A stretch of DNA of 63,998 nt, the filler included, from Reticulomyxa filosa (lineage: Eukaryota; Protista; Foraminifera), in assembly GCA_000512085.1 (NCBI GenBank). It is 17 parts of 17 records of this genome, joined end to end, with 100 filler letters (N's around TTAATTAATTAA, not from the genome) between each part and the next. Parts side by side here need not be neighbours in the genome. Positions count along the whole stretch, not along the records: positions 7,249 to 16,158 come from ASPP01024484.1; positions 16,259 to 29,952 come from ASPP01045120.1; 15 more parts are not named here. The stretch is one strand, 5' to 3'. The stretch's first letter is position 1. Each line of letters opens with the position of its first letter. The notes beneath the pieces were generated by a model, which worked only from the letters and a program-made list of their open reading frames with translations, made no database searches and was not told the origin of the DNA. Shown in pieces: positions 12,838 through 25,462 of this stretch. Position numbers and translations under genes: made by a program.

Positions 12838-13851
12838 AACAACATAATCTTTGGATGTATACGTTTGCACGACTTTTTGCGTTTTTACCTTTTGTTGAAC
12901 TTTGTTTGAAGTTTTAGTTTATGTATTATGTATAGTTAGACTGGTTTTTCCTTGTCCTTTCTGTCATCGTTTTTCGTTTTTTAAAGTATTTTCCTCTCTT
13001 GTTTTAACTTTGGTTTTTCAAGGTATGGATACCCTTCATTTGAATTTGGTTAGACTTTCTTCGTTTACTGACGTTGTTGTGTTTGCTTTTGTGATGACTT
13101 TCAAACTTGTTGGTCAGTATTGGTGTTGAACCTTCCGCGAATTTTAGACTTACTTTTCACACTATAAACCAATATCGTAGAAATTTCCAAAAAAAATTAA
13201 ATTTTTATATTATTTTTACATTTTCAACTCAAATAAAGGATCAGTTGGAGTCAATTACAACAATGGCAATGACAATTTTCTTTACCAAAAAATTAAACAT
13301 TTTATCAATTTAAAAACGTCATATTACTAAAATAATTAAATCTTTTTTTCAAAAATTTGGAGTCTCACTGATTGCAAATCTGTAATAAATTCTATTTAAC
13401 AATAATTATGTATCACAATAATACACTGCCGAAACGAAACAAGTCGTCATTTGACATAGCATGGAACCTAGATTTTTTTTAGAAGCAAGGCGCCAATTAG
13501 CATTAAAAAATTACAAAATAATGTATCAGCATTATTCTAAGACGAAACAGAGAAAATAAATTAAAATTACAGTTTTAATTAACAACACACAGACTACAAT
13601 ATTGTAATTTAACGGAAAAAAATTTAAATTTCTAATTTAAAAAAATTAAAAATTTCAATAGATAATCGCAAGCACATTATCTTATGTGATTGCCACAATA
13701 TATGCAGTGTCAAGTGTTGTAATATTATCACGATTAATCACGCTTTTTGCGCTATCTCCTGCACAAATTCAGGCCTTTCCATTTAAAAGAGCACCTTTCT
13801 AAGAAGTAGAACAAATCACTCAAAAAGGAAACACAAAGAAAAATAATAAAG

Positions 13852-14700
13852 TTATTCTAATTTAAATTGACCGTTATAAGCAGTCTGGTTCATCAAACCA
13901 AGAATTCGACTAGGATGAATGACGGTATTGTATAATAGATTATATGTGGATAGACTTGGTTTGACACCTTTGTATGAACATAAGTATGTTAAATATCTAA
14001 GTTTAGAAGCTTTAACATACACATAATTGGTATGCTTGGAATAATCATGGACCAATCCAAGATACTTCACATGATCACATTAATTCATGTTTGATTGTTG
14101 CAGTGTCAATTTCATCTTTTGAAATTTCTTTTTGTTTTGATATCTAAATGACTTGTGGATTGTCTCAGTTAGTATCAATAGCAATAATCTGTGTTATGCC
14201 ACGATTGGAATCTTGCTTGTTCGATATAATAATTGTCTATCATTTAAATACCACATTAGTCTCCTTGTGACTATCATTTCAATTAATTTACCAACAATTG
14301 ACACAATGCAATTGGCCTATGATTCTTGTACTGACTATGGTCTCTGTTAGGTATGAGGTACAATGTTTGACCTTCTTCCATGCAATAGGCATATATCAAA
14401 ATAGGAATACAAATGATTCACTAATTACATTGATACCATTATTTATCATTTGGTTGTGGATGTTATGAGCTTTGTAAGGCGACAAATGTATCATAGAATC
14501 AATAACTTTTTCTTTTATTATTAAAATCTAATCAAATGGTTGGATATCGCCACTTTAAATTTGATGTCATCTTCCATAATGTTTTTCATCTATATCTTTT
14601 GGAGGCTGAGGAGGCTATGCAAATGTCATTGGCAATTGATACGCTTTATTAATGAATTAATGCTGTTTACCATATGTTGATGTTTTTCTAATTACAGTTT
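13852..14700 (-). mobile_element. Decayed non-LTR reverse transcriptase remnant
   Basis: Frameshifted fragments on the minus strand: LSPYKA, NIHNQMI, SNIVP, HSQYKNHRPIAL, VGKLIEMIVTRRLMWYL, QARFQSWHNT, then KYLGL and LLYNTVIHP. The central catalytic region is deleted. Confidence 0.8.
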
Positions 14701-15604
14701 TCTTCGACATTGCTTTGTCGATCAATGCTTGATATCGCATTGTCTTTCATAATGTGCAATCAAATGTTTTTTTATTCTTTTAAAGCTTTCGCACTGGGAG
14801 GATGTGAAGATGTAGACTAATACTTTCTTCATCCTTCATTCATCACTGATATTAGCCCTTTCATCAACCCCAAAGTGCAAACAAAAGCAAGTTGAAAAAG
14901 CCACTGGTCCATATTTATTACATTATATTTTGAAAGAGATTGTGTTTGGAAGTCTTAAGTTTTGAAGAAGATTTTGAAAATCGATTCAAGTATTTTAACG
15001 TTGTTTCGTCATCGGTTGCTTTAAGATAGTAACCCTTTTACTGGAAACGGGTAGAAGGTCGAACATTGCTTGCATTAAGTGTGTTCGATGCCTTTGAGAA
15101 ATTGACAATCTCGAGGCAAAGACTCGGTTTTTTCTTTTTGGCAGGATTACGAGGGTTGGTAACTTCTACTGAACCTCGGGCAAAACCGAAAACCACTTGC
15201 TAATAACAAGGTTGTGAAAGTGATCCAGACGGCTGAGGCAAGGTGTTTTTACACTAATAGGCTATACTGCAAACCATGCTGCATGAAATTGGATCAAACA
15301 TTAAATCTAATGATAAGACAGCATGTTAACTACACTACCAGTATGCATGGTGGCATTGGAAATAATATTGGAAATGGAATTAATTATGTATTGACATGCC
15401 AGATATATGACGATATGAAGAAGGCGAAGTATTCTCGATCATAATTGCAAGTTGTTGTGTCAAGTTCAAATGTACATCACAATGACGAAAAGACAGACGA
15501 TGAGATTACATTCGATAGCGCAAGTTTGACGACAATTCATGTTCAATTAAGTTCAGAGAACTAAAGTAAGCTGATTAAGTTCATTTGATTAAAGGACAAG
15601 AAAG

Positions 15605-16158
15605 TTATTGGATATTCCAACTCCAGCCATTGTGACAATATGGACCTTGAATGACAAGTCCTGCATCTCCAATTCCAGGATTTGGGAATGTGCTTCCATC
15701 ACAAAATATCACAATGCAATCAAAGTCCAACGATAACAAAATTTCATCTTATATCGAGTCAATGAAGATCGCAAACAGTGATTTATTTGATTGTGGTATC
15801 ATTGTCATTTGCATTGGTGGAATATTTGGGATTGGATGAGTGGGGCGTGTCAAGCGTCGGGCTACTTTCGCTTCATCATCAACTTGCACCTCTTTTTGTC
15901 ATCTCTGCATGCACAAGCCCAGATCTTTCAAGTTTTGCTCTAATATTTGGGACTTGGAATAGAATCCGTTAATATTATTCTGGAATATAAATAGAATTGT
16001 TTAATTCCAAGCTTTTCTCTTGCTTTGCGAATTACTTCACAATCGCTTAGATGTTGTCCACGACATAACACATTTGTGTTTACTTGGGTCATTCTTGTTT
16101 CTGCATTTTGCTGTTTCGTGATTAGCCAATCCGCAATACTTGCACACTTTGCGTTTCT
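15605..16158 (-). mobile_element. Internally deleted LINE remnant: gag zinc knuckles, APE endonuclease start, RNase H start
   Basis: YCGLANHETAKC and HKCVLCRGQHLSDC (ORF1 knuckles); IFQNNINGFYSK (APE N-terminus); IVIFCDGSTFPNPGIGDAGLVIQ..WLELEYPI (RNase H, homologous to the copy near 7420). Confidence 0.75.
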
Positions 16159-17240
16159 NNNNNNNNNNNNNNNNNNNNNNNNNNNNNNNNNNNNNNNNNN
16201 NNTTAATTAATTAANNNNNNNNNNNNNNNNNNNNNNNNNNNNNNNNNNNNNNNNNNNNAATAAAACCGATTCTTGAACTTCTAAACTGTCCTACCGGCTG
16301 TTTTGTGTCACATCCGGCGTTTCGTAGAATATGATATTATAAAGTAGCAAAAATGAAACGGTTTTATTTTAATTTTTTTTCAAATTGAAGTACTCACAAT
16401 TAAAGTTTTTATGCTTAATTTGTAATTGTTTGTTATATTTTGTAACTAAGCGTGCTCACGTTAAGTTGTAATAAGTTTATTTAATTTATGCCTCTGAAGG
16501 TACGTGTTATCAAAATTTCTAAAATCGAATATATGAACAACATTTGCAAATTTTTTAAATAAATCTTAATTAATGTCTTTTTAATTGAGAAAATCGATTG
16601 TATATAATGTCAAAAAAAAACACTGTATTTTCGTTATTTCAATAATAACAAAACTAGTTTCCTTATTGTAGAAATTCAGCTGCAAATCAACATTCAAGTG
16701 AATATCTTCAAAATAAATATTTGTTTTCGATTATAACTTAAATCGTTAGTGATTCTAACAAAGAATTTTCCAAGAACACGTCTAACAATTAGTGTTATTA
16801 TTTTATCAACAATATAGTTTAGTAATATATTCATTTATTTGAAAAGTTCTTCATCATTTTTCATAATTGGTTTGAAAAATTCAATGCTTAAAAAACTATC
16901 TTACCAAACAAAAAAAGTTTAAAATGAATTATACTGACTAATATTAAAGTATTTAACGTAAAATAAACAAAGAAGAAAGTAAAAAGCATTATATTGAAGC
17001 AATTTGATTAGTTTACAAATTGAATAGCTTTGTAAATGCTTTTGGATGTAAAGTATATGCGAAAAGTGATAAAACAAGATATGAATCTAATTTAGAAGAT
17101 ATAAGATAGTACAACATAGATGAAAGATAGTTTGTGATTTGTTCTATGTATATACAAAATTATTTTTACTTTATCTCTTTTCAATAAAGATATACAAGTC
17201 AAATACTAAAAAAGCACGCTTTTTTTTAGTGTAATGTTTT

Positions 17241-17257
17241 TTTTGCAAACTACTGTA
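17241..17257. repeat. Probable Tc1/mariner-like terminus (terminal match only)
   Basis: TTTTGCAAACTACTG-TA resembles the ends TTTTGCATTCTACTG-TA (reverse complement of 53511) and TTTTGTAATCTACTG-TA (40797). Similarity does not extend inward. Confidence 0.4.
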
Positions 17258-18129
17258 TATGTATACAATACAAATATTTTTTGTTGTTAGATACATTATC
17301 CATAAATGACATTGCAATTATCCATTGTTGATGTTGTGATTATTGAATTGTATGATTATAAAAATTTTTTGTGTATATGAATTTTGATGTTATAATTGAA
17401 TATACTTCAATATTGTGATTTTGATCAGCTCACTGCTACTAACAAAAATGTTTCATTAATATTATTGATATTGCAATACGCTATTTATAAGTTCATCATC
17501 TAAATAATTTATTACTTATAACTAGCTATAAATTTGTACTCATTTTTGGCGTATGACAAGAATAAAAATAATTTACAATATCCACAAATGACATTTCGCA
17601 TTGAAGGCTTGAATACATTATTAATTATGCTGTTCAATCATATTTTTAAAAAGTGTTACGTGAAAAAAATGTCATATTGTGACACACAGACGATGGATAG
17701 TGTAAATTTGTATAATGACGAGAAATCCTAACTTCAACGAAAGCATAACAACAAACAAAAGAATAGAGAAAAAAATAAAGCGCTCATTGTTGAAAAGAAT
17801 GTACAATCCAGTTCCATTGTGCCAGACAGTCTGTTGTGGTTTGTTTTTGAATGGCAAATGAACTTCGTTCAACGAATGTTTGCAGTAGCCTTTTGAAAAA
17901 TGAAAGCAAGTAAAAACAGTTGTTTTTTCAAGACAAAAAGCACAACATTTCAAAAGCTTTCACAAATACATATTTCACCAAATGGAATTCTTTACAATTC
18001 AAATTGTTAACATTTCATGCTGGCACAAGGAGTGCCAGACAGCAGTTGAAAAAAACACTGCAATAATTAGAGATTCAAAGAAGGCGTAAAAATAAGTAAT
18101 TTGCGCAAAAACATATGTAAGAGCTATTT

Positions 18130-19157
18130 TTAAATGCAAACAGGCATATTTCTGCATTTTTCAGTAGCTTGCCTAATGGTCCAAGGAGACCTTTGTCTCT
18201 CTGTGTAAATAAGCCATGCAAATCTCCATAAAGAAAACATCCACGCAAAAATTCCTAATATGGTAACAAGAACCAAGAAAATGATGACGTCGTTTCTGCC
18301 AGTTCCAGAAATTAGACTATTGAACAACAGTATCTCCTGCACAACCAAAATGAATGAAAAGATGAGAATAGAAGGAACAGACAAGCGGCGACATCCAAAC
18401 CATCCGAGAATTGCCCATAACAATCCAAATAAATAGTAAAGCATGTCCAAATAACCCCATTCCACCGCAAAAAAAAAAGACATATCAACTGTGCCCACAA
18501 CACATGCATGTTATAACAGTACATACATATACACATATATAATTTTTTTTTTTTTTTTTTTTTGCGTGTGTTGTGCTAATTATATCATACATACAAGGAT
18601 TGACACATCATTTATACCATAAAAGTTAGCATGCATCGGCATTCCGCTAAACTCCATCTTTGCAACAGTAACACAGCGTGCGAGTTCACTTGGGATGGCG
18701 GTGCTTGCACTTCTAGGGCTGTAATTTGAGCTTCAACTGCTGCTAAAGTGTTTGCGTCGATAACCGAATTGACAAAATCTTCTTGCGATACTATTCGCTG
18801 AGCTGTCGATTGAGTTTGAACCAAATTTTCGGCCGGGGATAAATCACTCATCGATGGGTCCAATATTATCTCTTCGTTATCTGTCCTGAATAATTTGATC
18901 ACTGATTTTTCTTTCAATCCTAATTCTGACAACACTGTCAATTTCTCAGCCTTATCGAAATTTATTCCATCCATTTCCAAAGACTGCTTGTCTACTGGAA
19001 CTTCCAGCTTAGAGTAAATCTCTTCACACAGTTCCGCAAGTGTTGCGTGCTTGTGAAGGCTTAGGTTACCTGTTTGGATCCCTATGGAATTTGACACTTG
19101 AATATGCACCGTTATGCGGTCAGCCAAGTCCAAAGGACTCATATCATATGTCGCCAT
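18130..19157 (-). CDS. Ubiquitin-like domain plus multi-TM C-terminus protein
   Basis: Ubl pattern ATLAELCEEIYSKLEVPVDKQSL...LSELGLKEKSVIKL; about 3-4 hydrophobic helices in the last exon. One intron at about 18490-18597, with probable homopolymer frameshifts near its edges. Confidence 0.7.
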
Positions 19158-19492
19158 CTTGTTTTTATGCTTTTTCAACTTAAACTTTGAAAATTGGTTC
19201 TTTTTCTTTGTAACCTTTGAACTAACAAGATACGACATCCTTTAGCACGTATAAACAAAGAAACTTTTATTGAGCAAATATTTCTATGTTTCAAACAAGT
19301 CCTGAACTAAAATGCTTTGTTTGAAAGATAATTTATACAGCTGGATAATTTACTAGCTGTTAGTATCACTCGAGTAAAATTTGCTCTTTTACCGTGCAGT
19401 TGTTCAACGTTCAGTTCCTTTTTCTTTTTTTGTTTAAAAGACAAGAGACCTCTGCTTGTGTCCACATTGTGGAAACAAGTTCATTTTGTTTG

Positions 19493-21161
19493 ATGTGGAC
19501 CATATTAGTCGTTGTCTGTACAATAATAATAACATTGGCAAGCAGATGTATATTGCGACAACTGGGTTCAAAACTTTGGACTAAAAAAAAGTTGGATATT
19601 TTGATATTGAACGTGGAGTACACTTCTCACGGTTACTGGGCAAGGACATACAAGGAGTTTTCCAGGCACAATATTTCGGTACTATCACTACCAGGGACGT
19701 ACTTTAAATGGCGTATGCATGGTGGTGCAATAACACTGGCTCAAGCCTTTGTGAAGCAATGTTTGGGTCTGGACCTCACTGAAGGCACCGACGAAATACG
19801 AGCAAGCAGCAAAACAATGGAGCCTACAATTGCATTCGACTTGGGTGAATCGAATTATAGCCATACACATAACAATATTAAAGTAAAAATGGACGTGAGT
19901 GCATCTTGCACACGTGCACCCCCGGATGTAATAATATGCGACGGATTGATCGATTTGAACCTGTTTTTTGGAATTGTGAAAAACTTTTTCCCAAAGCGAT
20001 ATAATCCAAAGTGTGTGTATTATTTGCACGAAAACCAATTGACGATTCCATGGAATAGCAATGATCGAGAAATGCAGCGCGAAAAAGGTAACTGGCATTA
20101 CGGATTTATCAATTATGCAAATATATTGGGTTGTGCACAACATATATGGTTTAACAGTGAGTATCATTATCACAACTTTTTTGCAAGCATTGCCAATCAG
20201 TTATTGAAATTACAACCCAACGATTGGAATCTTCAAATGATTCAATATCCTATTCATTTCAAACATATTCAATGTATGCCTATTCCGATTAATTTCGACA
20301 AAATCGACCAAATTTTATTACAAAGAAAACTGGCTCCGAAACGAAAGTGCTGTTCTGAACACATCGATGGCAAACTCGCGACATACAAACCAAATTGTGT
20401 TCGCATTGGCTGGAACTCTCGCTGGGAGTGTGATAAGAACCCTTTGCTTTTTTATGAGTTATTGACCAAATTGGCGTCCATGAAAGACATTGGACGCTTT
20501 GAATTAATTATTTTTAGGGGAAAACTTCACGTACGACCTTTCACTTCTTTCTCCCTCCAACTCCGACACTGGCTCCATCTCTCAACACAATCTTGAGTTC
20601 GATGACAGTACATTAACCAACGAAAAACCGACTGAAATTTTTCATCGGATTTATCGCTCGTTCCGGGAACATATTGTTCAATTTGGATTTGCTGACTCAT
20701 ATGAAGACTATGTTCAATTCTTGCATCAGGTCTTTTTATGTGTGTGTGTGTGTGTGTATCCTCCTTTCATCCTTTTCCCGATATATATATATCTGTTGTT
20801 GATATAGTGTGATATTATTGTCAGTACGAGTGACCATGAATTCTTTGGAATTGGATTTATTGAAGCTTTGTATTGTCAGTGCATTCCCATTGCGCCGAAT
20901 AGCTTGGTCTATCCGGAACACTTTCAAGATAAAGAGGTTTTCACTTTGGAGGAAACAGAACTTGTCATGAACAATTGCTTGTTCAATAGTAAAGGAGACC
21001 TTGTTAAAAAAATGCGCACACTCTTGCTTCATTTTCAAAAGAATAATGATTCACATATTTCCACTCTCAGAAATATTGCACGTAAGACTGCTCTCAGATA
21101 TAATGCTACACGTGTTGCGTCTGTTTATGACCAGAAGTGCTTAGAAATGATCAAAACGTGA
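19493..21161 (+). CDS. GTDC1/QTMAN-like (DUF3524 + GT-B) glycosyltransferase
   Basis: Motifs LPGTYFKWRMHGGA, YLHENQL, HYGFINY, FNSEYH, WNSRWECDKNP, VSTSDHEFFGIGFIEALYCQCIPIAPNSLVYPE. One extra T in the T-run near 20515 shifts the frame (ILGENF is restored on removal). Intron 20730-20807. Confidence 0.88.
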
Positions 21162-21418
21162 CCTTTTTTTCAAACTACTGCTATCGTTTTCTATTCTTCA
21201 ATTTCATTTACATTATGTGCGTTGCCCTGTTTTTCTGTCAGGGTAATTGCTTTACTTTGCATTTGAAATTGAAATTTGAGAATTTTTCTTTCCAAGTCCG
21301 ATCAAAAATATTTGAAATAACAGTGTGATATTTTAGCTCTCTTTCGAAGGCAGTTGTTAACTTTCCTCCAAAAACCGTTACAAGGTTTTAGAACTTTTAG
21401 TCGAATTTTTTTTTTTCG

Positions 21419-22467
21419 ATGAAGCATTTGGAAGGTGAAGGATCAGCTAAAAGCTCTATAACAGGATTTTGGAGCATTGTGTTTGTGGTAAGACTATTTA
21501 TTTTTGCCTGGCTAATTATTAGAATTATTTTCCTTGTTCACTGCACCAAAAAAAAAAACTGTTGACGCATAGGCCATTCTTGCAGTTGTGAGTGGTTGGA
21601 TATTTACAGTGGATCATGAAAAATTCATCCACGTACCTCCACAGTCACAGGTGCAGAAATATTACGACTTGTTTGGCTTTTTATTGGACTGGGCGAGCGT
21701 TGTTGAACAACCAGCAGTAAGGATAATGATCGATAAATGCAATATCGAAGATGGCATGACCGTGGTTGAATTTGGCTATGGACGAGGTACCTAGTAGTTT
21801 TTTAAATCTTTTCTGTTAGTTCTGGTCATAAAAACAAATAGGCACTCTCGCCAGAGACTTATTGACAAAATTTCCAAATTTGAACTACATCGGCATTGAT
21901 GTAAGCAAGGGCATGTATGAAACTGCGAAAAATCGGTTGAAAGAATTTGGAAACAGAGCACAACTACATTTGGTCAACGATTCAATTGAAACAATGAAAG
22001 CATTACCTGGTCAGTTTGGACATGTCAACTTTCGTTTTTCTTTTTCTTTTTTTTTTTTAATAGTAACGTGAAACAAAAAAATAAACAAATAAAGCTTTGT
22101 GTACAAAGGATTGTCGGTGGATCGGTTTATATCGACGTTTGTATTTGACGCTTTGCCAACGACCACAATAAGGGACATTATCAAACAAACAAACTATCCC
22201 GTTCGCGATGGTGGCAAAATCTGTTTGACCAGTCTGACAAGCCGTTCACAGATTGGAAATGAAAAACCCAAATTCTATGCAAACGCTGTCATCAAGGTGT
22301 GGCAAGCAGTATCTCGCGCATGCCCAATATGCTTAGGCGGATGCCGTCCAATTGACTTGAAAATGCAACTTGAAAGAACTTGGCATGCCTATCAAACTAC
22401 GTTTCATGATATCATTGTCTCTTATGGAGTTCCAGTAGAAATTTTTGTTGGAACCAAGAAACACTGA
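21419..22467 (+). CDS. Class I SAM-dependent methyltransferase with N-terminal membrane anchor
   Basis: Motif I VVEFGYGRG, YIGIDVS, VDRFISTFVFD, GGKICL, C-terminal LGGCRPIDL. Exon 1 (21419-21487) splices in frame to 21573, giving GFWSIVFVAILAVVSGWIF. Three introns. Confidence 0.82.
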
Positions 22468-22675
22468 ACCAATCGACTTTTTTGTTCTTCAAACAGGCAA
22501 CTTTTTTTTAAGAAAGATGTGCTTGATGGCCAATCTTTTTATATATTGAGGTTAATGTGAGTGTAATTCTTGTTTAAAAGTGTCAGGCTCTCAAAAAATA
22601 AAGTAACAGATTTTGAGAAGCGGACTTACGCATAAGTCATTCAACAAAGAAAAAACGTACATAAAAATTTCAACA

Positions 22676-23110
22676 TTATAGGTTTTTCAATTTTATACTT
22701 TTTGCAATCAAATAAGTGTACCCAAACAAAACAATCAAGACAGACTGTAAAATGATAATTGGTAAAACATCAGAAAAAGGGACAAAATCGGGAAAAAATA
22801 AAAGATAGCACGAGGAGCATAGCAATCCCACGACAACGATCATTGTCAATCCCAACACGTCCCTTCTTTCGATTGGCTTTTGATCCGCCCACAATAACAA
22901 GACGGTCCATCCAAACATTAATGCCGCACCGACACGGATTGGGTAACCAAAAAGAGGCTGGCTCAGCAGTTCAATATCTTTGAAATGAAACATTACAGCC
23001 CCAACAGTAGGTGACAGCATTGGAAATAACATCACAAAATCCACAAAAGCACCAAGTCTAAAAGACACATGTAACCACCACAAGGTACTGATCAATTTTT
23101 GGTCTTCCAT
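22676..23110 (-). CDS. Intronless 4-TM membrane protein of unknown function
   Basis: 144-aa clean ORF with four hydrophobic segments; motif GAALMFGWTVLLLWADQKPIERR. Confidence 0.8.
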   Translation of the reverse strand: MEDQKLISTLWWLHVSFRLGAFVDFVMLFPMLSPTVGAVMFHFKDIELLSQPLFGYPIRVGAALMFGWTVLLLWADQKPIERRDVLGLTMIVVVGLLCSSCYLLFFPDFVPFSDVLPIIILQSVLIVLFGYTYLIAKSIKLKNL

Positions 23111-23424
23111 TGATAAAGTTAAATATTACGCAATTTGAAGCCTTCAAGAAAAGGACTTAACAGGTTCCTCAAGGCCACCCAGCGTTATAGGGCACTGCTG
23201 TGGCCTTTATAAGTTTTTGAAATTGATAAATTTACAGTCTCTTTTGTATTTTGAAATAATTAAATTATTCCAAAAAAACAATAAAATAAGAATGACAAGC
23301 TTTTCAATCTTGTTGAACACGAGGGGGTTCTCCTTTCCTAATTGCAATATTTAGTGTCAATTTTGCGCTATTTGATCTCAAATCGAAATCTTAGTATCGT
23401 GACGGACAAAAGAGGTCCAAAAAG

Positions 23425-25462
23425 ATGAGCACTGTAGCAAAAGACTCACCAGCGAATGAAGAAAACGTAGAATCAAAGTCAAAGGAAATATTGCCCAATC
23501 AATCAACAGAGACACAACCTGTACACAGAAACATTCAACTATCTCCTGCTGACTCATTGAGTCCAAGTAAAAGTGAAGAAAAGCAAACTAACTATGTTCC
23601 AGAACATCCCATCGAAGAGGACAAGCAGAACGCAGGATGGATGGCCACAGGAACATCAAAATTCCATGTAAAAAACAAAAAGAGGTGTCTTTGGGAATGA
23701 GACAAAGGGAGTTTAACAAAAACGCCAACAAACTGAGGGGAAAAAAAAGCCAATGAGACAGCATAATAACATTGATCACAACACGTATGTGGATCTTGAT
23801 TCAGGTCGAGCCATCATCATACAACGAAACGCCAAAGACGATGTTGTTTTCAGCCGACGAAATGGAATCGATGCCCGAGCGTCTGCAAATGAGAATATCC
23901 ATTAGTGAATCCGAGCCTATGATAGATGGCCAAACTGTAACAACCCCGTACGCACGCACGTACCAAGAAATTACTGATCGATCAAAGCATAATTTGTCAA
24001 CAATTGATGACAACACGTTTTGTAGTAAACAAACATTTTTTTTTTTCTTTCCCTCCTCATCCCCCCTCTTTTGTGACCCTCCTCCCCTTTTTTTTTTTTT
24101 TTTTTTTTTTGTGTGTGTTTCCCTTCTGTTGGTGATGTCCTCTTTTTTTGGAAACACGGCAATGCTACAGAGGTATTTTGTCGCCTGATCGGCTATTGGT
24201 CAAAAAAGAGAGCGAAGGCCCTCCAGACAGTGTTAAGTGGCATTTCATTTTCTTATTTGTTTTGTATTGTCTAAGTGGGCATGTGTGAATGCGTTGTTAT
24301 ATCATTTGGAGTTGACATTCTTCACAGCAACCAAAAGTTTTGGGAAGATTCAAAGTGTCCCGACCTTCTCAAGTTGACCTATATATATATTTTTTTTTTT
24401 AAAAAAATGATATAATGACGACAATACCAATACAGTCACAACCTGTTTTCTTTCTTTTTCACTTATATATACATATTTATACATATATGTATACATAACT
24501 AAATGGGTTGGTATTTCGTAACACAAATACAACTGTAGAGTGAAAGTGTGCTAAACAAAGCTGAAAATGAACACTCTCCGCCAGCAACACCCCACGAAGA
24601 ATTAAGCCAATCCGAGTCTCGTTTTGAGGAAGATATCGCCCTTGAAACACCTCATCAGATGGGAAGATTTTTTGTGGAAAAAGTGAACAAACAGGAATTA
24701 GCCAATGATGTCAAGTCACATACTGACAAAATGCAAAATATTGTAGCCCAAGCACAGGCACAAGCACAAGCACAAGCACAAGCACAAGCACAGGCGCAAG
24801 CACAAGCACAAGCACAGACTCACGTCAGTCAAAATAGAAAAAGTAATAATCTCTTGTATTCTGATCCAAAGCAAGACGCTCATTCACATGCGAGTGGCAA
24901 CCACCCTTCGAATCAATTGAAGCCTTCCAACTTGACAGATCCATCAGATCACAGCAATGAAGCAACAAGGAGAGCACACATGGATAGTTGTGTGAGAGAG
25001 CAGATGTCACATGATGACGATGAATCTCATGATCTTAATCCACAACAATCTTCATTTTCTTCTCTTTCCGATTCGTCCACTCAACCTGATTTTACCACTC
25101 GTAAAATTACAGAATGGACTAAGCAAGACTGTGTTCGTTGGATCTCGTCATTAGGCGATGCTTACGTCGGATATGCCGCCAACTTTGAAAAAAATGGTGT
25201 GATCCATTTCGCTTTGTTCACACGGAAACAATGCTACGTCAATGCTGTACATACATATGTATAATCTTTGTTCGTGCTCATATTCATACTTTTATGTTTG
25301 TGTATGCGTGTACTTTTTGCAGCCATTGATGGAGGAATTCTGGAAGCTTTGGATGACAAAATGTTGCAAGAAATCGAAATCACAAAACATGTTCACAGAA
25401 TGGTCATTTTGAAAGCTAGAGATAAATTACTTAGTCAAACACAACAAAACAATTCCAAATAA
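23425..25462 (+). CDS. Low-complexity protein with C-terminal sterile alpha motif (SAM) domain, multi-exon
   Basis: WTKQDCVRWISSLG..YAANFEKN | IDGGILEALDDKMLQEIEITKHVHRMVIL is a SAM domain. Linkage of the 5' exons (23425-24250) to this gene is presumed. Confidence 0.7.
24746..24817 (+). repeat. Coding hexamer repeat encoding (AQ)12
   Basis: Twelve GCACAA-type units in frame within the SAM-domain gene. Confidence 0.95.

Noticed and set aside
15214-15560. Plus-strand coding-like segment between the two LINE remnants
   Set aside because: No identifiable motif; may be another captured fragment but unsupported.
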